30,964 bases of DNA from positions 1 to 30,964 of the IMG/VR virus record IMGVR_UViG_3300042510_000902; one strand, written 5' to 3'. Position numbers and translations under genes: made by a program. This DNA is from a virus. Its lineage: Duplodnaviria; Caudoviricetes. Under the pieces are notes generated by a model, which made no database searches, had not been told where the DNA came from, and saw only the letters and a program-made list of their open reading frames with translations. Positions 24,934 through 30,964 of the stretch are shown in pieces (position 1 is the stretch's first letter; each line of letters opens with the position of its first letter).

Positions 24934-25391
24934 TGGCCGTATCTCGTGCCTTTATTGGTGAAGAAGGCGTCTTCACGGAAGCGGATCAAATCATCATTGA
25001 GATGGCTGCCCGTGGTGAATCGTTCAAAGCGATGGCTGCTCAGTCTGGAGTCAGTGAACGCCAGATCCATCGGAAGCTATCGGAACGCCATTATCGTGAT
25101 GCCGTCCGGGATACCTGCAAACTGCTGTGGAAAAACAGGCTCCGCAAAATGCAGGGACATTGGGACAAGATGGAAACCTGCTTTACGGATATTCTGGATA
25201 ATCCGGAAGCCGCTGACTTCGCGAAGATTGCTGCCGCTACGCAAATCAGAACAATCTGTATGCAAGCAGCGGACAACGACTTCGAGGAAGAAATGAACGA
25301 ACTGAAAGAGAAGATCGTTGCCATCGAGCGACGAATCTCAGGTCATGACGGTGCCCCAGTTGTCGAGCGGTTGGGGCACAATGGGACGTAG
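24933..25391 (+). CDS. HTH protein resembling a terminase small subunit
   Basis: N-terminal HTH (GESFKAMAAQSGVSERQIHR), AKIAAA.QI helix, C-terminal coiled coil; TAATG coupling. Confidence 0.55.
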   Translation: MAVSRAFIGEEGVFTEADQIIIEMAARGESFKAMAAQSGVSERQIHRKLSERHYRDAVRDTCKLLWKNRLRKMQGHWDKMETCFTDILDNPEAADFAKIAAATQIRTICMQAADNDFEEEMNELKEKIVAIERRISGHDGAPVVERLGHNGT

Positions 25392-25656
25392 CAAATCAAC
25401 GCTGTCAGAGATTCAGAAACTCGCGAAGATGCTCGATTCGTTCGACCTTCGCGGGGATGATGATGATCTGCTGCCGTCCGCCAATGGAATCGACCGGATC
25501 GTGTTTCAAGCTCGGTTCATCATCCGGGCATTGAAGCAAGATCCGGTCGCATTGGCCGCTATCATTGAAGCAACCAGAAAGAGCATGATTTCTAACCTTC
25601 GGAGTCGGCCAGAACTGGCAACGAATCCGACTGTTGCCGATGTGCTGAAGGATTAG
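25381..25656 (+). CDS. Hypothetical protein
   Basis: ATG 25381 overlaps the upstream stop region; helical protein-like sequence. Confidence 0.6.
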   Translation: MGRSKSTLSEIQKLAKMLDSFDLRGDDDDLLPSANGIDRIVFQARFIIRALKQDPVALAAIIEATRKSMISNLRSRPELATNPTVADVLKD

Positions 25657-26024
25657 CAGTCAGGCCACGAAAAGAAGCAGGAGTTGCAGTATCGCGTTGT
25701 GTCTCCGGTTTCTCCCGGATCGCAATCAACGATAGTCTCCTGATCAGTCTCTCCGCAATTTGGGCATTCGTGCTTACCGAGTTTCGCCATGACCTTTTCA
25801 TACTCAGACTGAATTCTGCGTTCTCGTTCCCATGAAGCGAGCAACATAGAATTTACGTATTTCAACTGCTCCTGAAGATCGCAGACTCTTTTGAATGCTG
25901 ACGCAATCATTGGGACTTCTGATGTCTTTTTCCGTGGCGGCGGCGGGCTTGTCGGCCTGCAAATTGCCGGTGCCATGTGGAGCGAATACGATCCTTCTGG
26001 CGGATCTTGTGGTCTGTTCGGCAT
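25653..26024 (-). CDS. Hypothetical protein with coiled coil and C-terminal Zn ribbon
   Basis: CPNC...CNSC. Confidence 0.65.
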   Translation of the reverse strand: MPNRPQDPPEGSYSLHMAPAICRPTSPPPPRKKTSEVPMIASAFKRVCDLQEQLKYVNSMLLASWERERRIQSEYEKVMAKLGKHECPNCGETDQETIVDCDPGETGDTTRYCNSCFFSWPDC

Positions 26025-26033
26025 TGGTTTTCC

Positions 26034-26360
26034 CTAGTTGAATTCAGACTGAATGGCAGTTCTCAGTGTTGATTCGCAGGCTGCTTGACAGTTTGCCTGC
26101 GTGTCGATTCCGGCGTACTTCAAAAGCTCCTTGCGAACTGCCGTCAGCGTTGATTGAGCGACTGTAGCTTGTCGTCCGCGAAGTGCTGTCATAATATCGC
26201 GTCGAGTGTTCAGCATTGAATCACCAGCGAGAAACGACAACCGGCAATCCCCGTTTGTTGCCATGTGGAACAACTGAGCGGCACGATAGAAACTTGGATT
26301 GCTCCAGCCTTCAAGTCTTGTCGCGTTTGTTGTTGTTGTGCTGAATGATGACCAGTTCAT
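26034..26360 (-). CDS. Hypothetical protein
   Basis: GGGAG RBS; downstream of the repeated promoter motif. Confidence 0.65.
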   Translation of the reverse strand: MNWSSFSTTTTNATRLEGWSNPSFYRAAQLFHMATNGDCRLSFLAGDSMLNTRRDIMTALRGRQATVAQSTLTAVRKELLKYAGIDTQANCQAACESTLRTAIQSEFN

Positions 26361-26400
26361 GATTCTTCTCCCGGTTAGTGGTTGGTTTCCTTCACACTGG

Positions 26401-26430
26401 TAGTATCAACCACCTTCCGGGATGCAAAAA
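26401..26430 (-). promoter_or_regulatory. Repeated promoter-like motif
   Basis: TTTTTGCA-N14-TGATACTA, intergenic. Confidence 0.6.
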
Positions 26431-26436
26431 GAATCC

Positions 26437-27564
26437 TCAAGAATTCCGGACGTGCTCGATGATAGTTTCGCAGGCTTCTGCCAGCTTGTTATCAGCGAAG
26501 CCAAACCAAGCCCGGTTCTCCCGTTTGCTGAACCAGTCTTCAGCAGTGCTTAGAATGAACTCCTGCAAGTCCGTTGCCAGTTCAATCTCAGGTTTCAGTG
26601 CCTCGATGCGGGCTTTCTCGATGGCCTCAAGCCGGGCTTTCTCTGCTGCCAGCAATCGAGCACTTTCGATCCGTGCCGCCTCGATCACCTTGGCTCGCTC
26701 GATGGCTTCCAGTCGTGCAAGTTCCTGCTGCCGTGCTTGTTCGGCAAGGCGTAGTTCTTCCTGCTGTCTGGCCAACTCTGCCCGCTGTTCTGCCAGCTTA
26801 GCATTCTCCGCAGCGATAACCGCCTGCCGTTCTGCTTCAGCCTTGTCGCGGGCTTCTTGCTCGATCCGTAGCATTTCAGCCCGTGCCCGTTCTGCCTCCC
26901 TCACCTCGGCTTCGATCCTGGCTCGTTCGGCCTGTAGTTCGCGTTCCCGGATGGCTAGTTCTTCAGCCTGTTTCCGCATCTCTTCGGCGTGCAGTGCTGC
27001 CAGTCGATCACGTTCCGCTTTCTCGGCTGCCTCCTTCTCGGCCTGAATGCGTGCAGATTCCTCAGCAGCGATGCGGCGGGCTTTAGCCTGGACCTTCAAG
27101 TCTCGAACGTAGTGGTCGAAGAACTCGTCGTCCATCGCTTTGACGGTCTTGATGTCAGGCGTGACACCAAGTGCCGTGATCTGGTCGATGCGGTCCTGAA
27201 GTTTCTTTTCCTCTGCCTCGACCTTGGCCCGTGCTGCTGCCGCTTTGCGGGCTTCCTCGGCTTCTTCTTCCTTTTCAAGTGCTGTCTCGATCGGGATCAG
27301 CAGGTTCTTCAACCGTGTAGCTTCTTCGTCGATGATCTTGCCGCGTTCGATAACATCGGCTTTCAGGTCTTTCCTCAAGTTTTCAACTTGGCATCGCAGG
27401 TTCTTCACCTCGATGCGTGCTGCCTTGACGGTCTTGTAACCGTCCTTGGCAACGGTCATGCCGGTGCATTTCTCCCGTAGGTCAGCAATAACTACATCCT
27501 GTTTGCGGAATTCACTGCGGACCATTGCCGCCTGTGTTTGCTGTGTTAGCTCTGCTGTCGTCAT
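26437..27564 (-). CDS. Long coiled-coil protein (DUF1351-like N-terminus)
   Basis: GYKTVKAARIEVKNLR..VE..RK.LK...GK.ID.EA..L pattern, then E/A/R-rich coil. Confidence 0.8.
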   Translation of the reverse strand: MTTAELTQQTQAAMVRSEFRKQDVVIADLREKCTGMTVAKDGYKTVKAARIEVKNLRCQVENLRKDLKADVIERGKIIDEEATRLKNLLIPIETALEKEEEAEEARKAAAARAKVEAEEKKLQDRIDQITALGVTPDIKTVKAMDDEFFDHYVRDLKVQAKARRIAAEESARIQAEKEAAEKAERDRLAALHAEEMRKQAEELAIRERELQAERARIEAEVREAERARAEMLRIEQEARDKAEAERQAVIAAENAKLAEQRAELARQQEELRLAEQARQQELARLEAIERAKVIEAARIESARLLAAEKARLEAIEKARIEALKPEIELATDLQEFILSTAEDWFSKRENRAWFGFADNKLAEACETIIEHVRNS

Positions 27565-27566
27565 GG

Positions 27567-27989
27567 TTAGTCGTCCTCCCCTTTGAAAAACTCTGAAACG
27601 CTGATGTCCTTGGCCTTCGGCCAGTTCGTGATGATGCCTCTTCCGCCGTGGATCTTGAGTTTGATGTAGTCGCCGTACTCGCCGGGCACGATACCATGCG
27701 GAACGTATTCGCGGTCCAGTTCGGCAACGACTGAGCCTTTTGCGTCAATCAGCGAATACACGCCACGATCGACCACCTTGACATAGATGTCATAGGATTC
27801 GTCCGGGTCGCCTCGGAAGTCCTGAATTTTGCCGGTCTCGATGTCTACTCTGAACTCCAGCCAGTTCGGCTGAGCCGGGTCAATCAAGGCCGTCAGGTTG
27901 TCTTCCGCGATGTCGTCTGCATCGACTGGGAATCCGATCGTGATATATTTCAGGTCAATTTCAACGGGCTGTTTAACTTTGAATTTCAC
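27567..27989 (-). CDS. Conserved phage hypothetical protein
   Basis: DIETGKI...KVVD.G.Y.L...YVP...GEYGDYI.L.I...G.I.NW. Confidence 0.75.
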   Translation of the reverse strand: MKFKVKQPVEIDLKYITIGFPVDADDIAEDNLTALIDPAQPNWLEFRVDIETGKIQDFRGDPDESYDIYVKVVDRGVYSLIDAKGSVVAELDREYVPHGIVPGEYGDYIKLKIHGGRGIITNWPKAKDISVSEFFKGEDD

Positions 27990-28015
27990 TGCGTACTGCC
28001 TTCGTAAATGGGTGG

Positions 28016-28237
28016 TTAAAACTCGGGATCGGTCTCAATGTTGCGTTCGAAGTTCCGGATTGTTGCCGACAGTTCGACGTTCAGCCGCTGAAACGTCATG
28101 GCGTGGTCAATCGGGTATGTCGGGGCTTCCTGCTTGATCCAGCGAGAAACAGCGTCTTGAATCTTCCGCATGGCCTTTACTGCGTCCTGTGGTGTCTCGA
28201 TGGTGACAGATGGCTCGTCTTTGATGAATGCGACCAT
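28016..28237 (-). CDS. Hypothetical protein
   Basis: AGGAG RBS. Confidence 0.65.
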   Translation of the reverse strand: MVAFIKDEPSVTIETPQDAVKAMRKIQDAVSRWIKQEAPTYPIDHAMTFQRLNVELSATIRNFERNIETDPEF

Positions 28238-28347
28238 GATAGGCTCCTGTTGGTTGGTGCAAGTTGTTTTGCAGGATATCGGCTAGGCTGTAGCCGTCAA
28301 TCGGAACTGTCCGGATTAACGGGCAGTTCCGGCGATGGCTTGACGTG

Positions 28348-28545
28348 TTAGCGTGTGAGTCGTTTCCTTGCAGCCATTTCGGCGTTGTGGGCTTCAATCT
28401 CTCGGCAAGCCTTCTGAGACTCTAACCGTTCTCGGTCGACCGCTTGCCAGTATCGCTCATACTCTGCGTCGATCTCTGATACCTTCACGGATCGTTTTTC
28501 CATATCCCTGACTCTGTTCATAATTGCTCGTGATGATTCACCCAT
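28348..28545 (-). CDS. Hypothetical protein
   Basis: GGGAG RBS, helical, downstream of the repeated promoter motif. Confidence 0.6.
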   Translation of the reverse strand: MGESSRAIMNRVRDMEKRSVKVSEIDAEYERYWQAVDRERLESQKACREIEAHNAEMAARKRLTR

Positions 28546-28586
28546 CGTTCATTCTCCCGGTTTGTGGTTGTCGTCCTGTCTGCTTG

Positions 28587-28615
28587 TAGTATCACTGACC
28601 GGCGGACGTGCAAAA
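28587..28615 (-). promoter_or_regulatory. Repeated promoter-like motif
   Basis: TTTTGCA-N14-TGATACTA overlapping the stop of 28592..28999. Confidence 0.6.
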
Positions 28616-28999
28616 GTTATTCTGCCGAATTCTGTGACCACGTTTGCCGACTGGTGTTGTGATAGCCTGCTCAACGTCCATGCCGAACCTGAGCCGGTCG
28701 TAGATGTGCTGGCAGGTGATGCCGTAAGCTCTCGCCCACTCGGCTGCATACTTGGTAACGCCGTTTACGGTCAGCCGTGCTGATTGCCGGGTTCTGGCTT
28801 CTCGCACAATGCAGCCGCACGATTGCGTGCTGCCGTATCGCAGGCCGTCACCTCTGATAGGCACGTCCTTTGTCCCGCAGGTGCAATCGCACAGCCAGTA
28901 AACCCGTTTAACTCTGCCGGATCTGATCGACTTGTGAAACGCCGTAACTGTCAGCCTGCCGAATGTCCGGCCCGTCAGATCAATTAAACCTCGTGACAT
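28592..28999 (-). CDS. Homing-endonuclease-associated DNA-binding protein lacking an obvious nuclease core
   Basis: DLTGRTFGRLTV...WLCDCTCG...TQSCGC joined directly to VNGVTK..AEWA...IYDRL..GM..EQAITTP; AGGAGG RBS. Confidence 0.75.
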   Translation of the reverse strand: MSRGLIDLTGRTFGRLTVTAFHKSIRSGRVKRVYWLCDCTCGTKDVPIRGDGLRYGSTQSCGCIVREARTRQSARLTVNGVTKYAAEWARAYGITCQHIYDRLRFGMDVEQAITTPVGKRGHRIRQNNFCTSAGQ

Positions 29000-29044
29000 T
29001 GTTTTGCCTCCTTTGCTGGGCAGTTATAGCAAAAGAATTTTGCT

Positions 29045-29061
29045 TGTCTCACGGTGAGACA
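29045..29061. repeat. 17-bp palindrome, copy 4 (opposite orientation, central G)
   Basis: TGTCTCACGGTGAGACA, intergenic. Confidence 0.85.
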
Positions 29062-29063
29062 CG

Positions 29064-29133
29064 GAAAACGGGGGTTCCCGGCAACCACTCCGGAAACCCC
29101 CTGAGAAACCTGCGGGCAACCACTCCCGTCAGG
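29064..29133 (-). terminator. Tandem hairpins with identical loop AGTGGTTG; the distal one is terminator-like
   Basis: Stems at 29109-29133 and 29070-29101, the latter followed by GTTTT on the minus strand. Confidence 0.6.
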
Positions 29134-29770
29134 CGTCTGCTTCTCGTGTAATCATGGCGACACTGGCTCCGGTGCCTTCAGACTTGAAGCTGCCCGGCTC
29201 TAAGTCCCTCCACGTCCAGCCGTTCACGTTCTTGAATGCTGCCTGCTGTCGTGGTCCTGCATAGCACAGTGACACAATGCGGCCACCAGGCTGGAGCAAC
29301 TTCAGAGCGTGGCCGATATGGGTTATATCTCGTGCGTTCTTGAACGGCGGGTTCATGATAATCCGGTCGAATGTTCCGCCAAGTCTGTCGGCGTTGCAGT
29401 TCAGGAAATCGTCTTGAATCAACTTGCAAGCTGAATCCGTCTGCGTCTCCCGATAAAGTTCTGCCGCACATTGCGGGGCGATCTCAACCATTGTGATCGG
29501 TGCCGATGTCCTGTATCGGATTGCCCTGTAGATTCTTCCAAGTCCGGCGGACGGTTCGAGAATCCTGTGGTGGTCTTCGATGTCTGCCGTGCGTGTCATT
29601 ATGTCCGCAATGGCTTCAGGCGTCTGGAACAAATTGAACGCGGTAACAACTCGGACTGCTTCCCGGTTCTTCAGTGCCGTAAATCGTTCCTGCTCATGCT
29701 CCATCGTCTGGCCAACTGCGTCGGTCTGATCTCTGAGGGCTAATAGTCTAAGGCGTCCGGGGCTGGTCAT
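29129..29770 (-). CDS. SAM-dependent N6-adenine DNA methyltransferase-like protein
   Basis: FQTPE, ILEPSAGLG, IIMNPPF, LQPGGRIV. Confidence 0.9.
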   Translation of the reverse strand: MTSPGRLRLLALRDQTDAVGQTMEHEQERFTALKNREAVRVVTAFNLFQTPEAIADIMTRTADIEDHHRILEPSAGLGRIYRAIRYRTSAPITMVEIAPQCAAELYRETQTDSACKLIQDDFLNCNADRLGGTFDRIIMNPPFKNARDITHIGHALKLLQPGGRIVSLCYAGPRQQAAFKNVNGWTWRDLEPGSFKSEGTGASVAMITREADA

Positions 29771-29821
29771 GGTCGTGGCTCCTGAAGCCGGGCGGATCTC
29801 CCGGCTTGGTTGTGTGGTTGG

Positions 29822-29977
29822 TTAGATTCGAATCTTCATTTCTCGGCAGATTTCGCGAAGCTGGGCTTCTGTCCGGAATACCAGCATAAGCCAGAAATCT
29901 CCAGTGACCTCGATTCCGTTGGCTTTGACGTTGGTCATGATCTCGTGGCGAAGTCGTTCTTCTGTTTTGCGTGACAT
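29822..29977 (-). CDS. Small hypothetical protein (51 aa; below the ORF-track cutoff)
   Basis: MSRKTEERLRHEIMTNVKANGIEVTGDFWLMLVFRTEAQLREICREMKIRI; AAGGAG RBS; directly after the promoter motif. Confidence 0.7.
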   Translation of the reverse strand: MSRKTEERLRHEIMTNVKANGIEVTGDFWLMLVFRTEAQLREICREMKIRI

Positions 29978-30017
29978 TTGGTTTGCTCCTTGTGGTTGGT
30001 TGTGCCCTCGACACTTC

Positions 30018-30047
30018 TAGTATCAGTGCGGCGACTGATTGCAAAAA
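30018..30047 (-). promoter_or_regulatory. Repeated promoter-like motif
   Basis: TTTTTGCA-N14-TGATACTA, intergenic. Confidence 0.6.
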
Positions 30048-30089
30048 CAAAAGCCAGATCCCTCGGCAACCACTCCGGGGGATCTGGCT
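30043..30089 (-). terminator. Intrinsic terminator with AGTGGTTG loop
   Basis: 15-bp stem with one imperfect pair (30052-30089) followed by TTTGTTTTT, just after the stop at 30099. Confidence 0.75.
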
Positions 30090-30098
30090 CGGACGATC

Positions 30099-30964
30099 CT
30101 AGAACAGGCAACCGGCGGGGGCCAGTTCCTTTTCTTCGGTCGTCTCTTCGATAACTTCCTCAACCTCGATCTCTGCAATCGGCTCGGGCTGTGGTGCTGG
30201 TGCTGGCGTGTTACAGCCTGTTGGCAGGGGCTTCTGTGGTTTGTCGGTCAGAACAATAATCTGGTAGGCCGCTGAATAGTTGTAGAAGCCGCCGCCGCGT
30301 TTCATTCGCAGTTTAACCAGATGCCCGCCGATGTTCTTTTCGTGGATAAAAACATAGTCATGTTTCAGCCCTGCGGAGAACTCAGCCTGCGTCATGCGGC
30401 CTACCTTTACGATCCCGGCTTTTTCTCCGTGCTGTGCGTTGGCTTCAGCGTTCCAGAGATCCTGCAAGGCCTGGGCGTCTTCGTCGGTTGGGTTCATGGT
30501 CGAGATGGTTGGTTTGGCTGCCTTCTTTGCTTTCTGTCGAGCGTTGAATGCTTCCAGTTCTTCCGGCGTTGGTGCTCGGTAAATGTCCTCGCCATTGCGT
30601 TCAATGTTGACCAGTACGCCGCCAACTTCTTCAATCAATTGTCCTTTGCGGTGCACGCTGCGTGGGGCGATGATCTCAACCGAGGTCACGCGCTTGGTAA
30701 CTGGCGAGCGGTTCACCTTCAGAATCTGGTATTCCCCGCGTGAAGTCGTGCCCCAGCGGTTTTTGTAGGTAATGAATCCGCCGGGAATCATTTCAACCTC
30801 AGAAGCCTGTCCGCCTTCGTTCTCCAGCATTGCGTTCTCGTAGATCAATCGGCTTTTCAGATGCTCGATCGTGCGGGCGTAGGCTGCACGAATAGCGTCG
30901 AGACGATCAACGCGAACCCAGTGACCTCCGCGACCTTGTCCGCACCATGCTTTCTCAAACCGGG
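30099..30964 (-). CDS. Partial CDS from the right edge; resembles the C-terminal part of DUF3560-type proteins
   Basis: Frame is open from 30962 (RFEKAWCG...RTIEHLKSRLIYENAMLENEGG); precedes a methyltransferase. Confidence 0.6.
   Translation of the reverse strand, partial: RFEKAWCGQGRGGHWVRVDRLDAIRAAYARTIEHLKSRLIYENAMLENEGGQASEVEMIPGGFITYKNRWGTTSRGEYQILKVNRSPVTKRVTSVEIIAPRSVHRKGQLIEEVGGVLVNIERNGEDIYRAPTPEELEAFNARQKAKKAAKPTISTMNPTDEDAQALQDLWNAEANAQHGEKAGIVKVGRMTQAEFSAGLKHDYVFIHEKNIGGHLVKLRMKRGGGFYNYSAAYQIIVLTDKPQKPLPTGCNTPAPAPQPEPIAEIEVEEVIEETTEEKELAPAGCLF

Larger units (their letters stand above)
1..30964. mobile_element. Temperate tailed bacteriophage genome segment (siphovirus-like, Mu-like head genes)
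   Basis: Terminase, protease/scaffold, capsid, tail tube, chaperone frameshift, tape measure, replication genes, integrase and attP are all present; no host housekeeping genes seen. Confidence 0.95.

Noticed and set aside
26378-27480. Long plus-strand ORFs (222 and 163 aa) opposite the coiled-coil gene
   Set aside because: Ser/Ala/Arg-rich or motif-free shadows of repetitive E/A/R codons
29070-29133. Mini CRISPR array from the GGCAACCACTCC repeats
   Set aside because: Only two short adjacent copies forming hairpin loops; no spacer periodicity and no cas genes
29748-30050. 100-aa ORF from the track
   Set aside because: Spans a promoter motif and hairpin; the 51-aa ORF 29822..29977 with a good RBS explains the region better

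Overview
About 31 kb of a temperate, long-tailed (siphovirus-like) phage genome, mostly transcribed on the minus strand. It is probably in free/excised form, because a tRNA-Leu(CAG) 3'-half attP has phage genes on both sides. From right to left: small early genes with a repeated promoter-like motif, an N6-adenine methyltransferase, a short rightward block (tyrosine integrase, unknown protein, TerS-like HTH), attP, two Xis-like HTH genes, csrA, an AAA_24 ATPase, a structured RNA-like intergenic region with three T-arms, a ParB-like gene, SF2 helicase, prim-pol, RusA-like nuclease, ssb, terminase large subunit, KTSC protein, Mu-like protease/scaffold, decoration protein, major capsid, gp36-like adaptor, tail tube, frameshifted tail chaperone, tape measure and tail proteins. 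The most striking element is a 391-aa intein in the terminase Walker A motif whose HNH homing endonuclease is a separate gene on the opposite strand inside the intein, while the intein frame stays open. Also notable: four identical 17-bp parS-like palindromes (one inside the parB-like gene), the triple T-loop RNA, and leader/terminator-loop complementary motifs. All family calls are from motif recognition by eye, with no database search. A Planctomycetota host is only a guess.
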